Assembly (NCBI RefSeq): GCF_020745735.1
Contig: NC_083415.1
Coordinates: forward strand, 21,469,731 to 21,533,730
From: Hemiscyllium ocellatum
Lineage: Eukaryota
DNA length: 64,000 nt
Direction: 5' to 3'
Below the pieces are notes generated by a model. The model searched no databases and had not been told where the DNA came from. It worked only from the letters and a program-made list of their open reading frames with translations. This document shows, piece by piece, positions 34,476 to 48,980 of this stretch (within the stretch, counting starts at the first letter, position 1; each line of letters opens with the position of its first letter). The translations under genes and the position numbers were made by a program.

Positions 34476-36469
34476 CTGCATCAGTATTTACTCTATATTT
34501 AGCTCTTTCTGTTTGAGAAAATATATTACCCACAAAAATCCATATGTTTGAGCTGGGCTGTTGGAATCTCCTTTCTCTCTGATGTAGGGCTGGCTCTCTT
34601 CCATGAAGGCTGTTTCTGGAGGTCATGGCAGATGTTTTTTCTCTCTCTCTCCAAGTAGTCGGGTCTCCACTGCTGAGCCAAATCAAGTCTTTGCTGAGGG
34701 GACAGCATCTAAACGTGTGTTTTTATCTCCCACTTTGTCCAGACCTTCCAGAATGTTCTATGGCCTTTGACCAATGAGGTAAGGAGCCGGGATCAATGCT
34801 CTTGACACCGAGATAGGTCTTATTGAGCTCTTGTCTGTTTCTGCCTCAAATATTGTTAGAGTCCAGTTTTTTCTTTAAGACTCCTCTAAGATTCTGCCCT
34901 TTATACTTTTTCTTTCAATTCAAAATGGTGCCTGAGTTATGTCAATGGCAGATCCATGGGTGAATTGGCATCAAAGGTGTAAGGGTAATGGTTGATGGTA
35001 GTGGGGCATGGATTGCGTCAGTTGGAATTAAGTTAGCATCAGGATACAAACATTAATTAGTAGGAGGAATAGGTTGATATGGAATTATATGGGGCCTTAG
35101 GGGGTTAACTGGGCAGTATGAGATGTCATGAGTTGGCAAGGAAGAACTTGGACAGCGTACATGCTGGGGGAGACAATGTGAGAGTTGAGGATTAGGGGAC
35201 CTAGTTCTGGAACATTGTGGTGAACCTTTTAAGATGCCTGTCTTTGCACTCAACAATCTGTGTGGCTGACTGTGAACTCTCTCCTCCACCCAGTGAAAAT
35301 CCAAACATCAGTAGCACTTCAATCCTGATTCACATCCTCTGGACTCACAAACATTCAGCTCATAATCTCTGGATGGAGTCCAGATTCTCTCAATTACTCA
35401 GACCTCAAAACAGGGTTTTTTCACTCAGAATCAGACACAATGGGAATTGAGGAGTAAAGAGAGAGTGTGGGAAAATGGAAATAATATACAAGACCACATG
35501 TGTTGTCGTTGAAAGATGGAATAGGTTTCTTATGGGTTCTAAGAAATGTTTGTGCAATTTCTTCCTCATTTCTCCAGAAATACTAAAATAATGAATCTAA
35601 TTCTAACAGGTACAAAATTCGATCCTGATCCAAAATGAACATGTCTTTTTCCTTGCTGAGGAATAGTGATTGTGTTCTGAACAACCCTCAAACCATCTAT
35701 CCTGAGAACTTTTACTGCTTTTGATAAGCATTTATCTTATTTTTCTAAGAGCTAGATATTGCATTAATTGATTTTCTTTCTGTTAATTCTGTTAATTCCC
35801 AGTGCTATCTGTTGTTTATTAATACTGTTTTTGTGCCAATTACAAAATAAGTTTTATAATCTACTCACATTCACATTATCTGTGACTCGCATCAGCTACA
35901 TTCAATCTCAAACCAACTTCCTTCAAGGGAACATTTGGTTTTACAGAATACTCTGTACTATGTATTTACTCTCTGTATTTTTAGGCTGTATTTACAAAAT
36001 GAAATTGCAAAACTATACTCATCATTCTTCATTTAAATGTCTCAAATGTAATTTTTGGAGTTTGGAGATAAGCAACTGCAAGTGACATTCCAAGTGTGGT
36101 TTTTATTACTTTAATCGACTTATAATAATTTGTTCTGACTAACAATAGCATTGCTCTCCAAAGCATCCTAAATTTTGACTGCCTCTTTGATAATTTAGGG
36201 TCCATTTGAATGCACAATGTTCAGGTCACAGATATAAATGATCAATAAGCAGATTCCCTGGATGCATATCATATTTAAAATTATTATTCACGTGCAGAAG
36301 ACTTTGTGTAATGAGTATATGTTGTCTTTGAGTTCATCAGGCCTACTATTAATTAAAAATGCTGATCTGGGCTAGGGTATCCCTCCTGAAGGTTATTGAC
36401 ATGTTTAGCTATTCCAAGATTTGCTTTCCCTTATAAATTTGATCTCTCTTAATCCACCATAGTTTTTAA

Positions 36470-36880
36470 CTCTCCGTCCCTGTTATTTTCAAAAGGTTTT
36501 TTTTCGCTCTCTCGCTCTCACAAACTCTGCCCCTCTAAATTATTCTTCCTCTTCATCATTTAATCAGAAATCTATTAGTTTCTACTTCAAATATGCTCAA
36601 AAACTGATCTTCCACCCTCTGTGTTCGAGAATTGTAAAGGTTCACAATACTGAGTAAAACATATTCTCCTCACTTTAGGCCGAAGTGGCAATCCCACATT
36701 ATTAAGTTGCACCCCTGATTCTAAACTCTCCAACCAGGAAAACATTGTTCCTACATCTACCTGTCTATCCTTTTAAGTATTTTGCAACTCACATTTAGAT
36801 CACCTCTCATTCCTTTTAAACTCTAGGGAACGTGGGCCAGATTAACAAACTCTCTTCAAAGGGCAGTCCCACCATCTGAA
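36470..36880 (-). mobile_element. Old CR1 3' fragment
   Basis: Homologous to 29330-29650. Confidence 0.55.
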
Positions 36881-39800
36881 GTTCAAGGTTGTTGATTCAG
36901 TTTCTTTTTTAGTTTCGTCCTGTATGTCTTTCTGTTGTCTTTTCTCTGCGACTAGTTTGCTATAATCTCCATACTATTTCAGGAAAATCTCCATCATTTG
37001 AACGCAGTTCCACCAATTTCTGCCAAGTGGATCCTTTTCTATTAGGTAAAAGCTTTTTTTAATTAAACTTGGTATCCTTTCAGAATTGGATCATAGCAAA
37101 GAGTAAATGGGAAATTAAGAACAGCCTCGAGGCATTTCCATGGAAAGGGGACAATGACACTATTTGAAACTGTTAACATGTACATGCCTTTGGCCAATCT
37201 TTCATGGTTGATTTAGGATATGGGTCTGGTTAATGCAATGTTAAGGTACAGGCACATGTGTTGCTGTCATTTGTTGGGACAGAGTGCAGGAATAGTCCTC
37301 ATTGTTGTTACACAAAAGAATAGATGCTTAAGCAATGAAAATGGAATTAATAAACCTATGGGCTGCAAAATTGTTCAATATGTTATTCTTGCTTATTGCT
37401 ACAGGTTGATCATGGATTGACAGCAGAGTTGGCATGGTGAAATGTAAGTCAGATGTATTGTTTCCATAAATATATCCTCTTGCTTTTGCAATGTGTGGCC
37501 AAATCAATTACATTTATGTTCTTTGATTAAGCTGTCCACAAACACTAAGTCAAAGGGTCAACTTCTGACGACAGATTAGAGGAAAAATTGATTTCAAGAC
37601 GATTGGTGATGCTTGCAGGTGGAAGTTGTGCTAAATATCACAATTGACTAAAAACTCGCCTATCCTTATGCACAACCAATGAGGAAGAATTACAAAGCTT
37701 GTCAAAAATTCAGAGAAAATGTATTAAAGTGCATGGCAAGATATGACACACATACATATGTCTACTTATATATCTCTGTTGTGGATTAAATGCCAGAAGA
37801 ATTCCCAAAGAATACATTTGCAAATGAAAAGTTGCTTTTGTTATCTGCCCTATGTATGGTTATTAGCTCTGCTGATCACTTTTGCTGGCAACTTCATCGT
37901 GGATAGTTCACTAGAGGTCAAACCATCAATCTGGCAGTTTTGCCTACTCTTAAAATAATCACCTTTAATGGGATAAACAGCCCTAAGAGATATTGTAATG
38001 GAAACAAAATCAAGCGATTAACAGAAACTTATGGAAATAGAATGGCAACTTATTTTATCAAATCTTTTTTCTTTGCGGCTGCAGCATTGTATTCTGCTCT
38101 CTGTCTACTGCCCTGGCACACTTTGTATGGGATGATCTGCCTGTAAAACATGAAAAACAACACTTTTCACAGTATCTCAGTACATGACAATGATAATTCA
38201 AACTCAAACAATTTCACCCGAGATGATGATATACCCAAGCCTCTCTCCAAAGGCCTCTATCATGTTAGTGAACACAACATTCTCCCTTTCAATGGGCATT
38301 GTAGTGCGGACATAACCTCAAAAGAGGGATGGACAGTTTGGTGCAATGACGTCCCCCATGGCCGGCTGTCTAGTCCTGTTAATGGGAACTTTGGCCAGGC
38401 TCAGGAGCCCACCCTCAAGGAGGCTGTCTGACTCCTCTGCCCTTGCCCCTAAGTAGGGAGCCCCTCACAAAAAAGCTAAAGGTGGGATACAAATAAAAAC
38501 TTCTAACACACATGTGGAAAACTGTTGCCCCTGAGCACAAAAAAACATCAGGTGTCCAGTGGATTTACTCAGTCTATTAATGTATGGGATCACTTTTTGA
38601 AACACTCTCTAGCTGAGATCCCAGGGGAAAGAGGAAAGACTTCTTTTTAGCAAACCCTGCACTGGGGAGATCTGCTGCTGGAAGATAAAATATTACACCA
38701 ATGCATGTCTGAGCAATGGACAAAAGTGAGAAACTTTAGAATGAGCTGCAGCAAGCCATTCAAGAAACAACTTGGCTCAAGTTGTGTGGTGCAGCATCCC
38801 AAGGGAGGGTTAGGTGCATGGAGCCAATGTCAAGTACTGGACAAATGGGAGTCTGTTTGTCTTGAGTTGCCTCAATTCTCTGTGCAGCCTCAGGGTTGAG
38901 TACTACAAACAGGAGGCTCTGGATGGTTCGGTTCATGTATAGAATGTTGACTGGTGTCCTCTCAGCCAATATCACCAGTATCCTTTGAGGCTGTTTTGTC
39001 TATTTTGAGTTTCATCCACATTCAATCAAACAAAAACATGGCAACTAATTGGCAGAATTTGGGTTATTGGTAGGAAATTGCTTTATTGTGATTAGACTGA
39101 TGAGGTTTGATAGGTAGTATACAGACAATATTAAAATATTCGAATCATTTTCTCTTTCAACAATAGTTCCTACATGGAGTGGCTCAATATACTTTGAAAA
39201 TATCAGGGTGTAAATCTCATGAAGTCACATTGAGCATTTTTGAAATTAAAACCAACATGAAATATGTTGAATTGATGTGAGAATCTCACAACATTTTTGA
39301 TGGTAATCTCTGTGCTCTTGTCTCCTTCAGTTAGAATGAGACATCATTGTTTTAAAATACTTCTGTCATTTCCAACCTTCTTATAATATGTTCCCATTAT
39401 TATTTTATTGTTTTTTATACTATGCAGTAAGTAAATCTACCTTCAGATTAGTCAAATTGCCCAAAAATGTCTTAATGTTGACAGTCACAGTTTGGAAGAA
39501 TGATTGTGCCATCTCAATTTTAATGATATAGAAAATCGTTAAACTCCACCAAAACTAAATGTTAGACTTCTTATTTCATACTGAAATCATCACATAAAGG
39601 CAAGCTTCAGTCCTTTTGAATTTCTGAAAATGCAAGTATTGAACAATACTATGAACAATGCTGCAGAACAATGACAGATCCTCTCAAAAAGCTTAGTGGT
39701 GAGTTCGTTCAGGTCTCAATGAATAATCATTTGAATACATCAAAGCTCAATGAACTGCAGCAATGGTGAATAATTCTAATATTGAGTTGAAGCTCAACTC

Positions 39801-42189
39801 TAATGTACTTAAAAAGGTTACTGGAGTTCAAATCACACATGCCTACATTAATAGTGCATGTGTTGTATAGTATTACAATGCTAAAAATAATTCTGAAGAA
39901 CATTACCCTACTGTCAGATCATAGAAAACTCTTTAGCTAGAGAGCTATTCAAATAGCAAGGGCTCTGACACCTGTGAACAAATTCAAAGCAAAGTGTCCA
40001 TTTATATTTGATGCGATCTGGATGTTATAAACTGCCAATGAGATAACCCCAATAAAGAAATCACAGCACTGGAACAAAACCATTAGTTCACAAGCCATTA
40101 AATTTCTGTCTGTGACATTAATGTATGAACACAGTAAAATGTCAAATAAGCATGTTACTCTGACAGACTGCTGCAATCAGATGTTTCTGGGTGACAATCT
40201 CTTAGCTCGTGCAGGCTGTTGAAATAGTGGGAGTTAGTTTCACCTTCACAATCTGGGTGGTAATCTGTTAGAGTGGACTACCCTTTCATTACAGAATGCA
40301 CCTTATTTGCATTGCATTCTATTTCTGCTAGGGGTGAAAATGACAAAGCTACATTATTAAACATCCTTATATAAATGTTTGACCATTTTAGCTCCTATCA
40401 CCAAACTGTTTCAGATTATTTTGTCACAGAGGCCTTCTTTCTATAGGCAACATAGTCATTGTTATTTTTATATCTGTAGTATTGCATCACAATTCTCAAT
40501 TTATGCAATCTTTGATCTGATCCCCCAGTTCACTTCCGAGGAGAAACCAACAGCAGCCCAATGTCTTCCATTCAATGTTTTGTGCCCTCCCGGCATTATG
40601 ATGATGTTTAGACAGTCTCACAATTTAAGTCTGGGCAAAATGCTCTCCACTGCCTCACATCCAAACATTGACATGACCAAATGTTTGGGCCTTACAGTAA
40701 GTAGATTATTGAAATGTAAGGACGATACCAAACAAAGTAAACTAAGTTAGAATCCTGCATGACCTTGAATGAGTTGGACCATGGTGGGGTGTGTGGGAGA
40801 ATCAGGTGACAAGTGGGGTGAGGCCTATCTCAAAATCCAGATCATCTCATTCCATCTTTTACGCTTTTAACAAATGGTATGGAGAGTTTCTTGCTTTGAA
40901 GAGGCCAGATGCCAGCTGATGATTAGTCTTGCTTGTTAAACATCTTGTTAACTTGCCTGATTAATATTCAGCCTTCTAACATACTGACCTGGTCAAACAA
41001 GCTCCATATCAGGAATCCATAGCAGTGCAACAGTCCATTATTATGAATGTGTGTTGTCTATCAAAGAAATTGGGAGAAAATAAAATCAGTTAAGCTACAA
41101 AACAGTATTGGACTATTTTAATCCATTTAACATTACTGTCCAAGTCAAACTTATAACCTTTTTAAAACTGTATTTCCAAAACAATTTGACCTTTGGTGTA
41201 TCAGGAATAGAAGCAAAAGCAATAGCAGACAGAAGCAACTTAACAAAGAGCTGTAGCTAGGCCTCAATATCACTTCCTCAAAGTGAGCAAACCATGGAAA
41301 AGCATCTGGAAATACTGAGTAGAGAAAACACAGAGAAATATATTGTGAAAGAATGAATTCGGTATTATGAAAAAAGGAAGGAAATGCGAGTGAATATGTC
41401 TACAGATGGGGTGAGAATAAAATGGGGAAACAAACAGTTGGAGGGGTAAATGCAAGAAAATAAGTTTTGCAGACATTTACCCTTTCTGTGTTATTATGGC
41501 ACCAGTGTTCAAAGTTAGTTGGCTATAAAAGACTATTAGAATTCCTTGGTGGGATCTGGCTGACTGACATTGGTGAGTTATTGCTGTAGGTCAATGATTT
41601 TGATTGCATGTTGTTTTGTCGACATGAAGCAAGGTGCGAGGAGAAAAAATACTTAAACGAAAATACAGTCTAACCAAAGGTTAAAGTGACAAAGAGAAAA
41701 AAAGATGAGAAAGAGAAAACACTGTAGAAAATACTGATCAAAGTTCTGTCCACCAGCCCTTATCTGTAAATGCCAACTGTTCTGTCAAGCTGTCACCAAA
41801 CAGAACATGTGTGTAAAAAAACAGAGCTCTTGGAATGAATAACTTATTTATATCAGTAGCAATTTACTGGCAGTCAGGTCTAATATGACAATTGAAGAGC
41901 TTCCAAGCAATTTGTAGAAAACTAATTTTCCTTCCACATTCAGTGACAATTGTTATATTGTAAATTTGGGATTGTGCATTCTTGTTATCAATAATCAAAT
42001 TTGCCTTGAATTTTCAACATCAGCACCTAATTTTATTGTCAAAACTGCATCTTTGCCAAAATGCCTGTTTCTGGTAACAGAATTTTACATTATTCATGTT
42101 AATCTATTGTACTTCAACGGAAAAACAAAACTAAAGAAGGTGAAAACTTTGTTATGTACAGTATAAGTTGACAATATAGTTTGTTTTAG

Positions 42190-42432
42190 GGTAAAAAATG
42201 AGGTCTGCAGATGCTGGAGATCACAGTTGAAAATGTGTTGCTGGTTAAAGCACAGCAGGTCAGGCAGCATCCAAGGAGCAGAAGAATCGATGTTTCAGGC
42301 ATAAGCCTTCATCAGGCTTATGCCCGAAATGTCGATTCTCCTGCTCCTTGGATGCTGCCTGACCTGCTGCGCTTTTCCAGCAACACATTTTCAGCTCTGA
42401 TACTCCAGCATCTGCAGACCTCACTTTCTCCT
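42190..42432. mobile_element. Second fold-back PLE terminal-repeat cassette with a collapsed centre
   Basis: Inverted arms gaggtctgcagatgctggag… / …ctccagcatctgcagacctc; same family as 2145-2370; two damaged hammerheads at 42283-42340. Confidence 0.85.
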
Positions 42433-43764
42433 CGTCACTTATTTCAAGTCATTTTCATGATAACACTACTGATCTTGGATTTTAATCTAGGTAAGAGTTC
42501 TGTTCTGTAGACAGTGACATCATAAAGTCTAGAAGAATGGGAATCCTGACAGTTTCTCAAGATTTAATTGCAGGCTGACTGTCTTTAAATGGTGAGCCTG
42601 CTCAGGCTTGGGTGGGAAACCTGGTTCACAGAGCCAACAGCTACAAGAAGAGATAAGAGGACAGTGAGAAAGCGGGAAGCAAGAGGTGGATTCAGATCAT
42701 TTTGTGGAGTTGGGGGTGGCAGGGGAGGTATTTAGAGATGGTAGTTGTACAATTAGTTAATCAATGGTTGTTGCTGTTTAGCATTTGGTGGTTGATGTTA
42801 ACAGTGAGTGGCAACAGGTACAGTTGAGGTCAGGAGAAATAGCACCTGGTTCATGGGGAGCCATGGTTGTCTGGAGATTGGAGCATTTACTGCTCAAAGC
42901 GAGAGCAGCTGACATGTGAAGGGGATAGCAGCTTGTGCTTGGAATTGAGGAAGCGATTGAAGCTTAGGTTGGAAGCAGTTGGGAGCAAGGCAGGAACAGT
43001 TTCTATTTGGAGTACGTGACAAGATACATCATAGTGTGGAGGATGTTTCATTGGCCATAATGACTTCACGCTTAACTTTTGTTTTTTATGATGCTGGCTG
43101 AGAAAAAGAATCAATGTTAAATTGAAGACATGCTGCCTCATTATGGTATATATAAATACTAACTTAATAACTCGTGATATGACCCCCTACTCATCTATTT
43201 TTGGGAGATAAAGTACAGGCCTAAACATGTATCATCTGCTCTGAAATATGGAAGGAATTTTTAATGAACACCCTCTTAAGCTTTTCAATTTATGTGGAAC
43301 CACACACTTAAGCATTATGACTAGCTCCATGACCAACCATAAAAGTACATTATTATTGGATTTTATATTAACTTATTCTGTACCATCTTCTCCCATTTAC
43401 AGAATTTCAATTATGTTCGGCAAACAATTCAGAAAAGGGGAAAATGGCATCACGTAACTATTATGGAAGAGTGGATGTCCATTTAAAAAATTTGTAATCT
43501 CTATGAACAGACAGACATTAACGTATCTAACCGGAGGATGAGTTCACTAAAAATGAATATAAAACGATTGTGTCAAATAATAGCCATCATAATAGACCTT
43601 CCAGACAAGGTGAATGTGTATAAAAAAACTATAATTTAACAGATAGACTAGCATAATGGGACAGTTTCAACCAACAACATTTGTGTGCCTCTATAGAATC
43701 AGTTACTTTAACCATCCAGCAGTAAGTGCCAGAGCAGGGGCAATCTTTCGATATAGTTCATAGA

Positions 43765-44123
43765 ATAATACCATAGAATCCCTACAGTGTGAAAGCAGAC
43801 CATTCAGCCGATTGAGTCCACACAAACCCTCTGAAGAGCATCCCACCCAGACCCACCTCCTACCCTATCCTTATAAAACTGCATTTCCCACGGCTAATTC
43901 ACTAAACCTGCACATTGTTGGACACCCGGGGCAATTTAGCATGGCCAATCCACCTAATCTGCACATCTTTGACTGTGGGAAGAAACTGGAGCATTCCGAG
44001 CAAACCAATGGAGACATGGGGAGAATATGCAATCTCTGCACAGACAATTGTGTGAGGATGGAATTGAATCTGGTTTCCTGGCACTGTGAGGCAGCAGTGC
44101 TAACACTGAGTCACTGTGCCACC
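43765..44123 (-). mobile_element. HE1-type V-SINE (older)
   Basis: tRNA head, V domain and CR1-type tail on the reverse strand. Confidence 0.85.
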
Positions 44124-44979
44124 ATTACCTGGAAGGGGTCTTTCTCTCTGAAAATCTGAGTTTATATTTCCCCCACCACTGCCTTTCAGAATCTAATCCC
44201 ATATTCTTTTGTTCAAAATTCTCAGGTTTCTTGCATATCAAGACAACATTTGTATGCACTGCTGTCATAATGAAAGCTGTGTGAAGCTCTTTTTAATTTT
44301 CCTCACATGTTGACACTTAATGAAGAAATACAAAATACCAGTTCGATGAATAGTTATCCAGCTGTAAAAGGGCCTGAGCAATAAATAATTAATCATTTTT
44401 CAAATTTCACAAGGGTAGAGCAGTATCTGATATAAGTCTAACCATAAGTACATGTTTGCCTGATGTGACCAGCATTTTGAAAAATAATAGAGCTGTCTCG
44501 AACTGCATGGAGATATACAGGGTGCTGCTACTGTCTCTTTTAATGCCATGGCAAGAGACAACTCATTTAGTCAGCTTCCACTATGCAAATACATATTAAA
44601 CTGTACTGTCATTTTAGCATCAGCAAGGAGATGAAGATAAACACATAGGAATATCATGAAGAAAAAAAAAGAATGAAAATAGATAATTAACGAACCAAAT
44701 TAAAAGTAAGAAATACACAGAGGCATGAGTTCAAGAATTAACATCTCTCCAATTAATGTTAATGTAAATGTAAAGTTAATGTAAAATTTTAATGCTTGTG
44801 ATCAACATTATACTGAGTAAGGTAGAGAGTGGTGAAATGTATATGTAAGATGTGCAGAGAGGCACTGGATTGTGAATGGATTCTCCTCCTGAGTATGTTT
44901 GTAAGTTGATTTGTACGCAAGTCAAAACATTGTGTAATTCAGTATAAAATAACCCTTCTTAGGTAGAAGTGAATGCTCC

Positions 44980-46465
44980 ATAGAGTCAGAGAGTCATAGA
45001 GATGTACAACATGGAAACACCCTTCGGTCCAACCTGTCCATGCCAACCAGATATCCCAACCCAATCTAGTCTCACCTGCCAGCACCCAGCTCATAACTCT
45101 CCAAACCCTTCCTATTCATTTACCCATCCAAATGCCTCTTAAATGTTGCAATTGTACCAGCCTCCACCACATCCTCTGGCAGCTCATTCCATACACGTAC
45201 CACACTCTGCATGAAAAAGTTGCCCCTTAGGTGTCTTTTATATCTTTCCCCTCTCACCCTAAACCTATGCCCTCGAGTTCTGGACTCCCCGATCCTAGGG
45301 AAAAGACTTTGTCTATTTATCCTATCCATGCCCCTCATAATTTTGTAAACCTCTATAAGGTCACCGCTCAGCCTCCGACATTCCAAGGAAAACAGCCCCA
45401 GCATGTTCAGCCTCTCCCTATAGCTCAAATCCTCCAACCCTGGCAACATCCTTGTAAATGTTTTCTGAACTCTTTCAAGTTTCACATCTTTCCGATAGGA
45501 AGGAGACCAGAATTGCACGCAATATTCCAACAGTGGCCTGACCATTGTCCTGTACAGCCACAACATGAGCTCCCAACTCCTGTACTCAATACTCTGACCA
45601 ATAAAGGAAAGCATACCAAACGCCTTCTTCACTATCCTATCTACCTGCAACTCCACTTTCAAGCAGCTATGAATCTGTACCCCAAGGTCTCTTTGTTCAG
45701 CAACACTCCCTAAGACCTTACCATTAAGTGTAGAAGTCCTGCTAAGATTTGCTTTCCAAAAATGCAGCACCTTGCATTTTTCTGAATTAAACTCCATCTG
45801 CCACTTCTCAGCCCATTGGCCTATCTGGTCAAGATCCTGTTGTAATCTGTGGTAACCTACTTCGCTGTCCACTACACCTCCAATTTTGGTGTCATCTGCA
45901 AACTTACTAACTGGACCTTTTATGCTCGCATCCAAATCATTAATGTAAATGACAAAAAAGTAGAGGACCCAGCACCGATCCTTGTGGCACTCCACTGGTC
46001 ATAGGCCTCCAGTCTGAAAAACAACCCTCCAACACCACCCTCTGTCTTCTACCTTTGAGCCAGTTCTGTATCCAAATGGCTAGTTCTCCCTTTATTCCAT
46101 AAGATCTAACCTTGCTAATCAGTCTCCCATGGGGAACTTTGTCGAACACCTTACTGAAGTCCATATAGATCACATCTACAGCTCTGCCCTCATCAATCTT
46201 CTTTGTTACTTCTTCAAAAAACTCAATCAAGTTTGTGAGACATGATTTCCCATGCACAAACCCATGTTGACTATCCCTAATCAGTCCTTGCCTTTCCAAA
46301 TACACGTACATCCTGTCCCTCAGGATTCCCTCCAATAACTTGCCCACCACTGAGGTCAGGCTCACCAGTCTATAGTTCCCTGACTTGTCTTTACCGCCTT
46401 TCTTAAATAGTGGCACCACGTTAGCTAACTCCAGTCTTCTGGCACCTCGCCTGTGACTATCGATG
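44980..46465 (-). pseudogene. Young 5'-truncated CR1 (HER1-like) LINE RT
   Basis: ORFs 45940-46419 and 45120-45995: NYRLVSLTS, QHGF, DFSKVFDKVPH, GVPQGSVLGP, KFADDTK, LEYCVQFW; single frameshift in a T run at about 45955. Confidence 0.95.
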
Positions 46466-46679
46466 ATGTTGGACCTTTAAAATTAACATTAGTATAGGGC
46501 CTCATTCAGAAGTACAAGAGTTTGTAAGATGGATGTTCATAAATTAGGGACTGCCTGTAAATGTACTTATTGTTGTTTGCTTAATGTAGCTCTGTTCCAG
46601 AAAAGGATGACTTGAACTTCATATTTTCTCATCTCAACTAATGTCAAAGCCAAAGTTTGATTCTCATCAAAACAAGGTT

Positions 46680-46880
46680 AGGCAATGGTGTGGCGGCATT
46701 ATCACAGAACCAATGATCCAAAGACCCAGGTACTGTTCCCAGGTCCCAGATTTGAATCCTATGATGACAGATGGTGGAAATTGAATTCACTAAAATATCT
46801 GGAATTAAGAATATAATGATGACCATGAAACAATTGCTGATAATTGGAAAAACCCATCTGCTTCACTAATGTCCTCTCTA
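46680..46880 (+). mobile_element. tRNA-derived SINE, 5' part (8275 family)
   Basis: agacccagg…tgttc…tttgaatcct…tctggaattaag…cttcactaatgtcct is homologous to 8300-8465. Confidence 0.7.
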
Positions 46881-48199
46881 ATGAACATACTATTGACTCT
46901 GATTGTAAGTCTGAGCTTAGGAAGGGGAATGGTAAAAACAAGAAGATAATTATTGAGTAATTGTGAGTGGGAGGGCAGGCAGAGAAGCCTGCAAGCATGA
47001 CAATCAAGAGGCAGGACCCAGTTGGCTAGCAGAAGGATCAACAACAGAACAACCAGGGAATAAGAGGCTGGGGAATGAGAGGGTTGGTGGGAGAATAAAA
47101 GGCTCATTGAGTGGACAAAGAGGCTGCAAGGGAATGGTCAGGGAAGAGTGAGTCAGGGAATAAAGTGTCAATGAGCGAGAGAGAGAGAGAGGCAGTGAGT
47201 GGGAGGTTTGGGGAATGGGAGGATGAGGGAATGGGAAGGTTGCTGAAGGCAGGATTGGTGACTAGGATAAATGGGATGAACAGTAATTTGGTAGACCGGA
47301 AATGAAGAATGGTAGAGAACAGAGCGACTACTTTGAAGTTGCACAGATCAGGTCATTGCACTCTGTGAGCTGGCACAAGCAACACTAAAATGGAAAGCCC
47401 AATGCTCACTGTGTATGCTGGAAATTGGAATGACATAAAATAGGACAATTTAAAATTGGGACTTATTTCCAAACACTTACATAATGCAGACATGTACTTC
47501 AAGAAATTTGATACAAGCACAATTCATGAGATCTCTATCCCTTTAGTTGAAATGTAAATGAAAGTTAATGAGGTCTACAATTAAAATTCTGCTGTCTGTT
47601 TCCCAGTGTGGCACGTTGCAATGATGATTAATTTGGAAATGTTTCATTTTCAGCATATGCTGGGTCACTGCAAAGTTCAGTAAGATATTTTGTTTAAGCA
47701 ACTAAGACAAAAACTGTGATTAGCTCTGGCTAAATTTAATACCAAAAATGTGCTCCTGCCAAAACCATTCTCAAAATTGGTTAAGCAAATGCTCTATTGA
47801 GCTTTTTTTACTCCACAGTGGCTTCAGCAATGGCCTTGAAGAAGACCATTGAAGGCTGGGAAAACTACTTGCCTGTGAGAAATTTGAAATTAACTTTAAT
47901 TTTGAATTAGGAGAATTCAAGATGTATTAATATTTCGAACTGTTGCAATGTAATTCACTCTTCAACATTGCTGCTATCTAGAATGTATCAGAGAATAATA
48001 CAACACTGCAACAAGTCATTTGATCAATTGAGTCTTCACTCTATGTTTGAAGAAAAATCCAGTTATTCGCAGTTCCCCTCCATTTGCCTGTAAAGTTTCA
48101 TCCTTCAGATGTTTATCCAGTTTCCTTCAGAAGGTGACGGCTGAATCTGTTCATACGACTCCACCACATAGCGCATTCCAAATCCCAACTGCTCATGCA

Positions 48200-48980
48200 T
48201 AAAAATGGTATGTCTCTGTCACCATTCCAGAACTCCCCATGCACCTCAGCTGACAGAACTGGATGAAACCCAAAGCGCCTAGTCTGGTGAGCTGCTGATC
48301 TGACTTTTGTTTGCTGCTCATGGCATTTACGAAGATGAAGTTAAAGGACAGAGTTAGAAAGGTCCTTTGGCCTCTCTGTCGTGACATACCTTGACTGCAG
48401 TATTGCACTGGATGATTGTAAACCTCTTTATTTTCTGGATTTGCAGGAAAATTGTATTGTAATTCTCAATCTTTTGGACTTTACATAACAGATAAATCTG
48501 GTGCAATTCACTGCTGCTTAAGATGAGTCAGTTGCAATAAAGTTCAGAGTCACAAAGACATTGGCAGTCACAACCAGGTATTTGGGCCTTGAACTGAGGG
48601 TGGAGTTGTCCCTGCAGTAGTTATCAGACTTGGTCAGTTTCCTTTCTGAAGTGATGATACCTCAGATATTTTCTTTGGTGAAGTTGAAATAGGAGTCTCC
48701 CTGAGGACACACTGCAGGTATAGCTGCTTGCACTGTGAACTCACCCTAATTTTGAGAGAATTCTGTGGTAGCCATATGTTGGACAGCTTCAGCCAAGTCT
48801 ATGGATTGTGCTTTTCCCACAGGCTCTTGTCTGCTCACTCCTTTATGGATTCTATACTCTCAGTTCTCAAGGACATTGGATGTCGGTGCTTACACTCTTC
48901 AAGGCTGCTACTGTTCCAAGTCACTTGTATCTGTAATTGTTCCTGAGCTAGTCTGTCTCAGAAAAGTGTGAAGCAACGTA
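48200..48980 (-). pseudogene. Possible Gypsy gag knuckle/protease relic
   Basis: Reverse translation gives ACGK…SCPTYG…KLG and a DTGAxANV-like remnant; heavily eroded. Confidence 0.3.

Larger units (their letters stand above)
33930..34800. repeat. Dispersed LTR-like repeat (copy 2), split by a CR1 tail and an HE1 SINE
   Basis: Homology to 5030-5480 on both sides of 34050-34475. Confidence 0.6.

Noticed and set aside
39480-40200. Possible hAT transposase relic
   Set aside because: Only vague similarity, inconsistent strand, no TIRs seen
45231-45713. 160-aa plus-strand ORF
   Set aside because: Antisense shadow of CR1 RT; also seen opposite the sister copy (51818-52114)
45120-46419. Functional RT gene or programmed frameshift
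   Set aside because: 5'-truncated CR1 with no endonuclease or promoter; the frameshift sits in a homopolymer (mutation or sequencing error)
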